Source of the DNA: a virus
Virus record (IMG/VR): IMGVR_UViG_3300032265_000877
Span: 23,611-87,610 of that record
DNA length: 64,000 nucleotides
Direction: 5' to 3' (one strand)
Shown here in pieces: positions 28,266 through 38,400 of this stretch. The translations under genes were made by a program, and so were the position numbers. Under the pieces are notes generated by a model. The model was given only the letters and a program-made list of their open reading frames with translations. It did not search any database and was not told the DNA's origin. The stretch's first letter is position 1. Each line of letters begins with the position of its first letter.

Positions 28266-28604
28266 ATGGAAAAGCGCCCTTGGGGTACCTACGAGGTACT
28301 AGCAGAAGATGGTTCATATAAGGTTAAGCGCATAATTGTTAAGCCTAACCACCGACTCTCATATCAGACTCATGAGCAGCGCGTTGAGTATTGGACTGTT
28401 GTTCAAGGTCATGGGGTTATCACACTAGAAGATAAAGAGCAACCAATCAAGGTTGGCGACGCTGTTTACATTGATAAGGGCGACCCACATCGTATCCAGA
28501 ACCTAGGAGAAGCAGACCTAGTATTCATTGAGGTACAACTAGGAGACTACCTAGGCGAAGATGACATCGTTCGTCTAGAGGATGACTACAACCGCGCAGA
28601 CTAA
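28266..28604 (+). CDS. Cupin, mannose-6-phosphate isomerase type II C-terminal domain
   Basis: RPWGTY, VKRI.VKP..RLSYQ.H..R.EYW, HRIQN, IEVQLGDYLGEDDIVRLEDDY. Confidence 0.92.
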   Translation: MEKRPWGTYEVLAEDGSYKVKRIIVKPNHRLSYQTHEQRVEYWTVVQGHGVITLEDKEQPIKVGDAVYIDKGDPHRIQNLGEADLVFIEVQLGDYLGEDDIVRLEDDYNRAD

Positions 28605-28624
28605 CTCTCTGTGGAGTGTTCCAG

Positions 28625-28777
28625 TCAGGCTTGTGGGGCTTCTAGGCTGGCTAGGTAGGCTTGGTAGTCCGAGTTGGCAGGGTCTGTTGGGATATAAGTA
28701 CCATCTGACCTGAGAACTACTTTTGTTGACAAAGCACTGGTCAAATTATCAATAGGTATTTCGTATGTGTATTCCAT
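28625..28777 (-). CDS. Small tail-fibre assembly-like protein (copy 2)
   Basis: Own translation MEYTYEIPIDN..IPTDPANSDYQAYLASLEAPQA; paralogue of 29743..29925. Confidence 0.75.
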   Translation of the reverse strand: MEYTYEIPIDNLTSALSTKVVLRSDGTYIPTDPANSDYQAYLASLEAPQA

Positions 28778-29743
28778 TTACAACTCCGCACTTGCTGTCA
28801 ACCCAGAATTGGTTGAAGATTGAAAATAAGACCTTTGACCACTACCACTTGCTGTAAAATTCAAATATGTATAAGAAGGTTGTATTGCATTTACACCCAA
28901 AGCAGAACCAAATGAATATGTAAATGTACCAACAAGATTTACAGATGGTGTTGTTCGCATTGTCACTGGGAATGGAATTAGTATTGTTGGGTAGGTTCCC
29001 GAAGCGGCAAAGTAATCACCATAAATTGCAGCATTACTATTTACATTTTGCCAGTAGTACCTCTGACACAAGGCTAACTCTCCTTGGAGTGTGCCTGATG
29101 CGGTGGTGAATGGAGTGGCTACGCTACCAACTTCAACCTGAACATTTGCAAATTCAAATTGCGCTCCCGAAACAGTACTGTTTGTGGTACCGAATTGAAT
29201 GGCAAATGATGTTGCCGTGCTTGGAACTGAGAAGGTTATGGATTTTGAAGTCCACGATGAACTGTTTGTAAGAGAAACAGAAGTGATTGTGGTTGGTGAA
29301 TTTGCAGGCTTGAGGTTGCCATCCGTTGCCGTGCTATAAACTGCAGAAGCAGACCAAGTGTTTGTAAAATTGACAACATTTCTATACTGGAATGAAAGCG
29401 TTACTGTCTGTCCAGCAAAACGAATCACATCAGTAGTTTCCATATTGTAAAGCACAAAGATATTTGTAGAATTTGCTGAAGATTGAACAATTCTTTGGTA
29501 ATACCTTGCTCCAGTTGGCGCAGTTGATGTTTGCTGAGATGCGACAAATGACTGACCTGAGCCGTAGCCTGATAGATACCAACGGTCTAAGCCGTATGCA
29601 TCGGTTCCGCTATAAGTAACGGAACTACCACGCTGCGCGATGGACATATCTCCGTTGATTATGCGATTCTTTCCCGCTACTACTGGAGCCGCTGCTCCTG
29701 CCGAGTTCTGCTCTACCGTACTTGTAAGTTGTGCGCGACTCAT
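28778..29743 (-). CDS. Receptor-binding/fibre protein with CBM-like domain
   Basis: GKNRIINGDM..QRG, FAGQTVTLSF, QVEVGSVATPF..ELALCQRYY, ends SAEL. Confidence 0.75.
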   Translation of the reverse strand: MSRAQLTSTVEQNSAGAAAPVVAGKNRIINGDMSIAQRGSSVTYSGTDAYGLDRWYLSGYGSGQSFVASQQTSTAPTGARYYQRIVQSSANSTNIFVLYNMETTDVIRFAGQTVTLSFQYRNVVNFTNTWSASAVYSTATDGNLKPANSPTTITSVSLTNSSSWTSKSITFSVPSTATSFAIQFGTTNSTVSGAQFEFANVQVEVGSVATPFTTASGTLQGELALCQRYYWQNVNSNAAIYGDYFAASGTYPTILIPFPVTMRTTPSVNLVGTFTYSFGSALGVNAIQPSYTYLNFTASGSGQRSYFQSSTNSGLTASAEL

Positions 29744-29925
29744 TATTCACCTGCCTGTGGGATAGAAGAGTTGGATGGGAGTGTGTCGCCATTGGCTACA
29801 TATGCCAAGTACGCCTGATAGTCAGAATTGGCTGGGTCTGTAGGAATCCACCAAACTGTGCCGTCAAAATCTGTTTTTTTAATAACTTTTTCTTGTGATG
29901 CGTTTGTGACTATTTCATAATTCAT
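29743..29925 (-). CDS. Small tail-fibre assembly-like protein (copy 1)
   Basis: IPTDPANSDYQAYLAYVANG; TAATG overlaps. Confidence 0.72.
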   Translation of the reverse strand: MNYEIVTNASQEKVIKKTDFDGTVWWIPTDPANSDYQAYLAYVANGDTLPSNSSIPQAGE

Positions 29926-31697
29926 TATAATTCCGCCGATGCTAAGTAGTTTCCGCCTCTAATTCGTCCTGCTTGACCTGCAACTAACGAAGTTGTCGTC
30001 ATTTCAATTTGTACATAATTTGGGTCTATTGTGCTTGTTGCCATCGCCGAACTAGCCGTATCGACACCATTAATTGTATAAGTCCAAGTACCACCAAATG
30101 TAACACTAGGAGAAGTTCTCATTGTTACAGGATGTGCTGGGAAAGCAATTGCAGTTGTTGTGCTTTGCGCTTGAAATAAAATTCCAATAGCGTTACCGCT
30201 TTGTGGCATACGGTACGCATACCTCTGGCAGGCTTGTAACTCCCCCTGAAGTGTGCCAGTAGCAGTTTGGAATGAAGTGGCAACCGAACCTGCTTCAAGT
30301 TGCATACCCCAAATATCCAAGACCGAACCTGATGCACAGGCTTGACGAATAACCGCATAGAGCGATGAGTTAGCGCCAATGGTAAATCCTGAAACCGAGC
30401 CAAGAGTAAATGTAAATGAGTAACGCTGCCAAGAAGTAGTTACATTGAGGGTTGGCGTTGATGAGTATGCCGAGCCTGTACCAGCAGAATTTTGGAAAAG
30501 ATAAACAATGCTAGAACGAGCCGAATCAGCCTTAGCCCAGAAAGAAAGGGTTACGGTTTGACCAGCGAAAGTTCGGACATTCTCAATGCGTTGCTGGATT
30601 TCTGTAACTGTGGTTGAGCCTACGGTTGTAATGGTTGAGCGTAGGAAGTAGGTACTGTTGTAGCCTGAGATTGGCAATTTATCCGATGCTGGAGAAGATG
30701 CGTAGTCAAAGGCCACCTGAGTAACTGATGCTGATGATGGAGCATTATCGTAGGAAATAACAAATCGGTCAGCCGTATATGAGCCAGCGGCAGGGTTGGT
30801 GAAAGAAGTACCGCGTTGCCAAACATCAAAGGCTCCGTTGATAATCTTGTTTTTACCAGCGACATAGTTTCCTGCCCACGATACGCCTGTGCTGGCAGAA
30901 GAGTTTGCAACGAGTGTTGAGCCGTCAGCTCCTACTGCGAGGTTGGTGACGGTTGATGCGCCAGTAGCAGCAATAAGATCGCCCTTGGCGGTTACTGTGC
31001 TAACAGGTATGGCATTAGCAAATGAAAAAGAGCTATGAGAGACGATTGTAGCTACGTCTCCCGCTACCAAGGCTGTTAGACCTGTAATAGAGGTTCCTGT
31101 TGTTGCTGCGTAGTCCACGCCACGCTCTAAAAGGACACCATTAACAAATACCTGTTCTGCGCCAACTGTATAGGTAAGAGTTGTAGAGAAGCCATCTGTT
31201 CCGCTTAAAGTTGTTTCTCCACCAGATGCGGTATAGCGCCACATTAAGAAGACGCCAGCGCCGCTAACTCCTTGGATACCCTGGATACCCTGACCCATTG
31301 TGTACTGGACTACATCTACAGTGTCTCCAGCATTAAGCGCGGTTGCGATAACAACAGATGTGCCATTCGTGGCTGTGTAGTCTGCGCCACTTAAGCGAAC
31401 GCCGTTAAGGTAGACGTCAATGTAGCCAACTGTGTAAGAAGTGGTAAAGGTTGTCTGTCCTGCAGTTGCGGTAAAGGTAGCAACTGTCTTAGCAGCAGTT
31501 GGGTTAAATGGTCCTTGAATACCCTGTAGACCAGTAGGGCCTTGAATACCCTGTAGGCCTTGAACTCCTTGAAATCCTTGCGCACCATTAGCGCCATTTG
31601 AGCCAACAAAGCCAGCAGTACCTTGAGCGCCTTGAGCACCAACAATAGCTGCCACCCATTGACTGGAGCCAGTGTCGTAATACTTAACTTGAGACAT
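29925..31697 (-). CDS. Tail fibre: short collagen + repeated beta domains + CBM-like receptor domain
   Basis: GxQ repeats; two [FY]TA..G[QE]TT domains; GKNKIINGAF..ELQACQRY..SAEL. Confidence 0.8.
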   Translation of the reverse strand: MSQVKYYDTGSSQWVAAIVGAQGAQGTAGFVGSNGANGAQGFQGVQGLQGIQGPTGLQGIQGPFNPTAAKTVATFTATAGQTTFTTSYTVGYIDVYLNGVRLSGADYTATNGTSVVIATALNAGDTVDVVQYTMGQGIQGIQGVSGAGVFLMWRYTASGGETTLSGTDGFSTTLTYTVGAEQVFVNGVLLERGVDYAATTGTSITGLTALVAGDVATIVSHSSFSFANAIPVSTVTAKGDLIAATGASTVTNLAVGADGSTLVANSSASTGVSWAGNYVAGKNKIINGAFDVWQRGTSFTNPAAGSYTADRFVISYDNAPSSASVTQVAFDYASSPASDKLPISGYNSTYFLRSTITTVGSTTVTEIQQRIENVRTFAGQTVTLSFWAKADSARSSIVYLFQNSAGTGSAYSSTPTLNVTTSWQRYSFTFTLGSVSGFTIGANSSLYAVIRQACASGSVLDIWGMQLEAGSVATSFQTATGTLQGELQACQRYAYRMPQSGNAIGILFQAQSTTTAIAFPAHPVTMRTSPSVTFGGTWTYTINGVDTASSAMATSTIDPNYVQIEMTTTSLVAGQAGRIRGGNYLASAEL

Positions 31698-31877
31698 TGA
31701 ACCTCACTGGGCTTAGGGGAAGGGTGCTTTTATTATCCCTTATTTATATCTTTTTGGCGCCCGAAACTAAGAGGGGAACTCGTTGTGTAAAGGCGCGCTA
31801 ACCACTATGATTAGTCAGTAGGTCAGCAAAAAGGTAGCGATAGGTAGCCATAGAGATACTTTACACGAGGAGGCAAT

Positions 31878-32597
31878 ATGAAACAGATTATTAAGTTTGA
31901 GGCTCGAGATGAGTATGGCTGGGAAGTAGCTGAGCGCCCATATCCTGCAAGTCAGGCTATTCCTGATTGGTGGCGGGCTATGACACCATACGATAAAACG
32001 CCCGATAACCCTGATGGTAAAAAACTTATAGTTGAAAACTATGTGTCTAACGCTTCGCCTAAAAAATGCAATCCTATGCTTGACGCTTTGACTAGTGGCT
32101 ATGTAATACCGCTATGGTCAGACGTTCAAGTACAGAATGTCAATGATGATAAGCGCATTACTTGGAGAGTTAGTGGGAATGTATTCCAAGAGCACGGTCA
32201 TAGTGCGCGTGAAGTGGAAACCCCAGTTGGATACAATGAACAAGTTTTTAAGTTTATGAACAAATGGAGAATCATTACCCCTAAGGGTTATTCTTGTTTG
32301 ATTACTCAGCCTTTTGGGTATCGTCAAACACCAACTCAAGCCATTCCAGCAGTTATTGATACTGATAATAGTAGTTTAGAAATACTACCACCAGTTTGGT
32401 TCAGGTCAGATTTTGAGGGAATACTTGAAAAAGGTACGCCTATGGCGCAGGTCATACCCTTTAAACGTTCTGACTGGAGGGCTGAATACTCTTATCTTAA
32501 AGATGGAGAGTATCAAAGGCTAGAAGATAAAAACTTTAACTCAACTATTGTCAATCATTACATTAAAAAAGTTTGGTCTAAGAAAAATTACTCTTGA
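31878..32597 (+). CDS. Hypothetical protein (possible dUTPase-like beta-clip fold)
   Basis: KKCNPMLDALTSGY, W.I.TPKGYS, KGTPMAQVIPFKR; GAGGAGG RBS; inverted and AT-rich relative to neighbours. Confidence 0.7.
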   Translation: MKQIIKFEARDEYGWEVAERPYPASQAIPDWWRAMTPYDKTPDNPDGKKLIVENYVSNASPKKCNPMLDALTSGYVIPLWSDVQVQNVNDDKRITWRVSGNVFQEHGHSAREVETPVGYNEQVFKFMNKWRIITPKGYSCLITQPFGYRQTPTQAIPAVIDTDNSSLEILPPVWFRSDFEGILEKGTPMAQVIPFKRSDWRAEYSYLKDGEYQRLEDKNFNSTIVNHYIKKVWSKKNYS

Positions 32598-33025
32598 TTA
32601 TCGAGGTATTCGTCCCAAGATAAAGTTTCCTCATTCCACTTAAATTGCCATTGCCAATGTTCTGGTGAATGTATGTCATAAGGATTTGTAGGTTCAGGTA
32701 CGGGTGGCTCCCATACATACCCTGCACTTAAAGTCCAAGATGGGTAAGGGCTAGGCGCGTCTTTCCAGTAAAAGGCATTTTTTTCTTTATCAAAATAAAT
32801 GCCTGGCACTGCTACATTGGCGCGGAAAGGAGTTCCTCCAAATACGTGTTTATTGTTTAGAGTGTTGATTGAAAATTGTTTCCAGTTTCCACCAAAAAGT
32901 TCTTTACAAAAATCACTACCAAGTTGTTCTTGCTCATTATTGTTTTCATCAAGCAAAACTTCATTGTTAACAACGATTGTACGGATAACAATATTGTTTT
33001 CGTCTAGTTCTGCAAAGTGTGCCAT
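32588..33025 (-). CDS. Fibre-associated small protein (MAH[YF]A.LDENN family, copy 2)
   Basis: Paralogue of 23309..23698 (GGTPFR, YPSW.L, WE.P.P.P). Confidence 0.75.
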   Translation of the reverse strand: MAHFAELDENNIVIRTIVVNNEVLLDENNNEQEQLGSDFCKELFGGNWKQFSINTLNNKHVFGGTPFRANVAVPGIYFDKEKNAFYWKDAPSPYPSWTLSAGYVWEPPVPEPTNPYDIHSPEHWQWQFKWNEETLSWDEYLDNQE

Positions 33026-35499
33026 CAGTAAGTAATACTCCCGCTTCCAGTAAAACGATAAACGGTATTTCCGCCGTTGGTATAAACTTGTGGCGAACCT
33101 GTAGTGGACGCAGCCGCAGCATTTGTACTAAGAATCACTACGCCTGAACCAGAAGTACCGTAAGTGCCACCGCCACCGCCACCTGTGTTGGCTACTGCTG
33201 GTGATGCCGTAACACTTGGTGAACTGAAACCACCATAACCGCCACCGTAATCAGTATAAAGGGTGCCAGCATAAGTATAACCACCTGAAGTTCCACCACC
33301 AGCCAATTTCAAACTTGTTCCAGTTAGCGTTTCAATAATTCCAATACCGCCAGTGCCTGTTGGGTTGAAGGATGCTCCAGTGCCAGCGTTACCTACACCG
33401 CCTGCACCGCCGCCTCCCCCTGGACCACCAGTAGAAGCACCACCATCATAACCTTGCCCTGAAGTTCCAGCGCCACCAACGCCAGGTGATGCGCCAGCAC
33501 CACCACCACTTCCACCTGAGCCTCCACTATTTGTACTAAGAGCCCCGTACCCACCACCAACAGTAGTAATGCCATTAAAGGTTGATGGATTTCCTTGAAG
33601 GTTTGCATATGTAGGAGCAACTGTTGTTACTGCGGCTCCAATTGTAACTGTGTAAGTTGTTCCTACTGTGCAAGTTGTTGACCCCTGAAGAACACCACCT
33701 GCTCCACCTGGTGCGTGGGCAGTTGGCGCAGTGTTTGTACTGTATGTTCCACCTGATGCAACAATCACATAAGATACTGTTCTTGTAGGAGTGACTGGAG
33801 TTACTGAGTTAGAAGCAGAAGATGTTGCTGAACCATTGGAGTTAGCAGCAGTTACCGTAAAGGTATAAGCGGTTCCATTTGATAGTCCTGAAACGGTAAT
33901 GGGGCTTGCACCAGTACCAGTAAATGAACCTGGGCTAGATGTCGCTGTGTAAGTATTTGTTAAACCACCAGTATTATTGGCTGTGTAGGCAACAGTTGCA
34001 CTTGCATTTCCAGCAGTAGCAGTACCAATGGTAGGTGCTTGTGGAAGTGTAGTTGCTGTAACCAAATTAGAGAATCCGCTTTCAGCGCCACTTCCCACAT
34101 TGTTAGTTGCATAGACTGTGTACTTATAAGCAGTGTTAGAAGACAAACCAGTAATGGTGATAGGAGAACCAGCACCTGATGAGGCGTTAGATTGATATAC
34201 GCCAGCGCTGTTATACACCTTTACTGTGTATGAGGTAATTGTTGACCCACCATTAGATGCAGGAGCGCTAAATGTTACATCAGCACGACCGTTATTGTAA
34301 GTACGTCCTGAGCCCACATCTGTAGCAGTACCAATAGTAGGTGCACCAGGAACGGTAACTGGAGTTACCGAGTTAGAAGCAGAAGATGCGGAAGAGGTTC
34401 CATAACCATTGGTTGCGGTGACTGTAAATGTATACGCAGTTCCATTAGACAAGCCTGAAACTGTAATTGGACTTGATGTCCCTGTTCCTGTAAATCCTCC
34501 TGGTGAGGATGTCATCGTATAACCAGTAATACTTGAGTTGTTATTGGTGCTACTTCCAGTAAACGTAATAGATGCAGTAGCGTTTCCTGCAGTTGCTGTA
34601 CCAATGGTAGGGGCTGAAGGCACATTGTATACATAAGAACCAGAGGTATTAGAAGCTACCGAAGTTCCATAATTGTTTGTTGCGGTTACAGTGTAGGTGT
34701 ACGTGCCAGCAGTGGTCTCTGTAATAGAAAGAGGGCTTGAACTACCAGAGGCAGAACGTCCAGAAGATGATGTTGCTGTAAAACTTGAGATAGGTGAACC
34801 GCCTGTTGCGTTTGAACTGAACGCTACTGAGGCAATCTTTTCTCCTCCATTAGAGACGCTGCTTAAAGTTGGGGCTTGAGGAACTGTTGCTGGGGTTACC
34901 GCACTTGAAGAGGATGAAGCTGAAGAAGTATTGTTGGCATTAGTGGCAGTTACTGTATAGGTACGAGATGTTCCTGCAGCATCAGAAATTGTAATAGGTG
35001 AAGAAGAGCCAGTTGCAGTATTTCCTGAAGAAGAGGTTACGGTGTAGCTAGTAATTGGTGAACCACCAGTTGCATTTGCAGTGAATGGCACAGAAACGTT
35101 GGCATTTGACCCGTAGGACTGACCTGTAGCAACTGTTGGGGTGCCAATAGTTGGTGCCTGTGGAATTGTGGTAGCAGTAATTGAGTTAGAGGCAGAAGAG
35201 GCAGAAGATGTGCCCTGCGTATCTGTAGCGGTAACTGCAAATGTATAAGATGTAGCGCTCTGTAAACCTGAAACGGTAATGGGGCTAGAAGAAGCTGAGC
35301 CTGTTAACGATCCAGGTGTAGAGGTAGCTGTAAAGCTAGTAGCTTTACCACCAGATGTTGATGGAGTAAATGTAACCGTAGCCGCACCATTGTTGTAGGC
35401 ACGAGATGTGCCTACGTCAGTAGCGGTACCAATGGTAGGCGGCTGTGGAGTGAAGAAGTTATCTCCACTCGAAGCCGTTGTTCCAAAGATGATTGGCAT
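33025..35499 (-). CDS. Multi-FN3 + glycine-rich adhesin-like protein
   Basis: About six FN3 repeats then Gly-rich domain; start set at MPIIFG (TAATG overlap). Confidence 0.8.
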   Translation of the reverse strand: MPIIFGTTASSGDNFFTPQPPTIGTATDVGTSRAYNNGAATVTFTPSTSGGKATSFTATSTPGSLTGSASSSPITVSGLQSATSYTFAVTATDTQGTSSASSASNSITATTIPQAPTIGTPTVATGQSYGSNANVSVPFTANATGGSPITSYTVTSSSGNTATGSSSPITISDAAGTSRTYTVTATNANNTSSASSSSSAVTPATVPQAPTLSSVSNGGEKIASVAFSSNATGGSPISSFTATSSSGRSASGSSSPLSITETTAGTYTYTVTATNNYGTSVASNTSGSYVYNVPSAPTIGTATAGNATASITFTGSSTNNNSSITGYTMTSSPGGFTGTGTSSPITVSGLSNGTAYTFTVTATNGYGTSSASSASNSVTPVTVPGAPTIGTATDVGSGRTYNNGRADVTFSAPASNGGSTITSYTVKVYNSAGVYQSNASSGAGSPITITGLSSNTAYKYTVYATNNVGSGAESGFSNLVTATTLPQAPTIGTATAGNASATVAYTANNTGGLTNTYTATSSPGSFTGTGASPITVSGLSNGTAYTFTVTAANSNGSATSSASNSVTPVTPTRTVSYVIVASGGTYSTNTAPTAHAPGGAGGVLQGSTTCTVGTTYTVTIGAAVTTVAPTYANLQGNPSTFNGITTVGGGYGALSTNSGGSGGSGGGAGASPGVGGAGTSGQGYDGGASTGGPGGGGGAGGVGNAGTGASFNPTGTGGIGIIETLTGTSLKLAGGGTSGGYTYAGTLYTDYGGGYGGFSSPSVTASPAVANTGGGGGGTYGTSGSGVVILSTNAAAASTTGSPQVYTNGGNTVYRFTGSGSITY

Positions 35500-38400
35500 T
35501 AAACGATATCTCCTACTACTTGCCATATGTCCGTATCGATTTTGATACAGGTGGCTGATGAGTTCTGCGCTCTTAACTTAGGGGTAGCTGAGGTAGCACC
35601 AGTTGAGTTAATTGTAGTTGTACCTGATGTTACAGCTGCAATTGTAATCTGTCCTACGCCAGTTTGGATAATCGTAATTGAAGATCCAATTGGGTAAGCA
35701 ACTGATGCGTTAGTTGGGATTGAGACCGTAAACGCTGAGCCAGAGCTTGCAGTAATAATTGCCGCAGCATCCGCTAGAACAGTTGTGTAAGCACCAGTTT
35801 TAGGATTGATGTTGTAGGAAATTGAAGGCGCTACAATTACTGAGTTGTAGGTGTTTGGTGATTGTAGGCTTAAACCTGATAGGTTTGTTGTCCACTTAAC
35901 ACCTGTTGTTTGTGTTGAGTCGGCTGTGAGGATAGTGTTATTAGCACCAACTGGGAGAGTAGAAAAGGTTCCTGAGCCAGTTCCCGCAATTGTGTCACCC
36001 TTAGCAGTGAAGTTTGCAGAGGAGAGGCCGACCACGCCAGCTACTGAGGTATCAAGCCATAGTACGCCCTGGTTTGCTGGAGCAGTATTTCCTACAGCAA
36101 GTCCCTGTACACCGATCTGACCCTGTAGACCTTGGAGACCTTGTAGCCCCTGCAGTCCTTGAGTGCCCTGAACACCTTGTAGACCTTGTACACCTTGTGC
36201 ACCAAGACCGAGAGTGATGTTCTGTACGACAACGATATCTCCGGCTACTGCCCCAACCGCTAGAACAACAGATGTTCCGTTAGTTGCTGTGTAGTCTGCT
36301 GAACTTAGGCGGACACCATTGAGGAAGACGTTGATATAACCTGGGTTATATGTAACGCTGAAGGTTGTCTGACCAGAGGTGGCGGTGAACTCAGTAGTTG
36401 TGAATACTGGAGCGTTTGTTACGCCACCCTGTACACCCTGAGTACCCTGTACACCCTGGATAGATTGTCCCTGGAGACCCTGGATACCTTGAGTACCTTG
36501 TGTACCTGTTAGACCCTGGGTACCAGTGGTTCCCTGAACACCCTGAAGACCCTGTAGTCCTTGAGTTCCCTGTGTACCCTGCGTACCGGTTGTGCCTTGA
36601 GCACCTTGTGTTCCCTGCACGCCCTGTAGTCCTTGGGTGCCTTGGGTACCTTGTGTACCCTGAACTCCTTGAGTTCCCTGGGTTCCCTGAACTCCTTGAA
36701 TTCCTTGAGTGCCCTGGATGCCCTGTGTACCTTGTGTACCTTGTGCGCCAGTTGTTCCCTGTACGCCAGATGTAGAGAAGGTCCACTGTGAGAATGTTCC
36801 TGAGCCACCAGTGTTAGTTACATTTACAGTAATGCTTGTGTCTGTAGTGATCGCTGTGATCTGACCAAAGACATAGTTGGCAGGAGTTACTGTGTAGGCA
36901 ACTGTTACAAACTGACCGAGCGCAAATGCGCCAGAGTTTGCTACGGCAAAGGTTAGTGAACCAGTACCAATTGCATTAGAGGTGGTTGAGGTTACGCCAG
37001 TGTAAGAACGTCCCTGAATACCTTGGAGGCCTTGAATACCCTGGATTCCTTGTGTTCCCTGAACACCTTGTACTCCCTGGGTTCCCTGAGTACCTTGGAT
37101 ACCAGTGGTTCCCTGTACGCCCTGCGTACCCTGAGTTCCCTGTGGTCCCTGTACACCCTGTAGGCCTTGAACGCCCTGAGTTCCTTGAACTCCCTGGGTT
37201 CCTTGAGGACCTTGAACTCCTTGGAGTCCCTGTAATCCCTGAGTTCCCTGGGTTCCTTGTGTTCCTTGGAGACCCTGTGTTCCCTGAACACCCTGAGTAC
37301 CCTGGGCACCAGTTGTACCCTGGTTACCAACGGCAGAGGTCTGAGAGAAATTGATGTTATCGATACCAATTTTAATGGTGCCGTTTGTATTAGTGCCAAG
37401 CTGGTATTGAATCCATGAGGTACCGACGTTAGTTGAACCAGCAACTGTGTATACATAGTCGCCAGGCTCTACCTGATCTGCAAGATGGTTGTCATAGTCA
37501 GTTGCGCGAGTAAGTTTCCAGGTAGTAGATGCAGAGCCTGCACTTGTAACTGTATAGATACCGTTTTGTTTAGCATCGGCCTGGTTCTTAACAAGTACGC
37601 GAGTATCTGCTGGTAGTGGTCCAGAGTATGTGTAACCGTCAACTACCAAATAACCGTTAGTTGTTGCTTGAAGGTAAGCGCCTACACCAAGACCGTTAGA
37701 GGCATCTGCTGTTCCTGCAGTGTATGAAGGTGAACCAGCAAGCGCGGTTGTTGTTGTAGTGTAAACAGCTGCGTGTGCGTTCTGTGAACCGGAAGCACCC
37801 TGTAGACCCTGTAGGCCTTGTAGGCCTTGAATTCCTTGAATTCCCTGTGTGCCCTGAACACCTTGGACGCCCTGCGTACCTTGGGTACCATCATGTCCTT
37901 GGATACCTTGAATTCCTTGGGTACCTTGAACACCTTGTGTTCCCTGCGTTCCTTGTGTTCCCTGGATACCAGTTGTACCCTGCACACCTTGTGTTCCTTG
38001 AACACCCTGCGTGCCTTGAGTTCCTTGTAGACCAGTTGTTCCTTGTACACCTTGTGTACCTTGAACTCCCTGTAGTCCTTGAACTCCTTGTGTACCCTGT
38101 GAACCAGTTTGACCAGTGGTTCCTTGGATACCTTGCGTTCCTTGAACGCCTTGGATTCCTTGAGTACCCTGATTACCTTGTACGCCTTGAAGACCTTGTG
38201 TGCCTTGTACTCCTTGAGTACCTTGGACACCTTGTGTGCCCTGCACACCTTGAATGCCCTGAATGCCTTGCGTACCCTGAACACCCTGTGTTCCCTGTGT
38301 ACCTTGAGTTCCTTGTACACCCTGGATGCCTTGTATGCCTTGAATACCTTGAGTGCCTTGTACGCCTTGTAGTCCCTGTGTACCTTGTACACCCTGCGTA

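Noticed and set aside
28778-31697. Diversity-generating retroelement acting on the duplicated receptor domains
   Set aside because: No reverse transcriptase in the window and no near-identical repeat pair differing only at adenines
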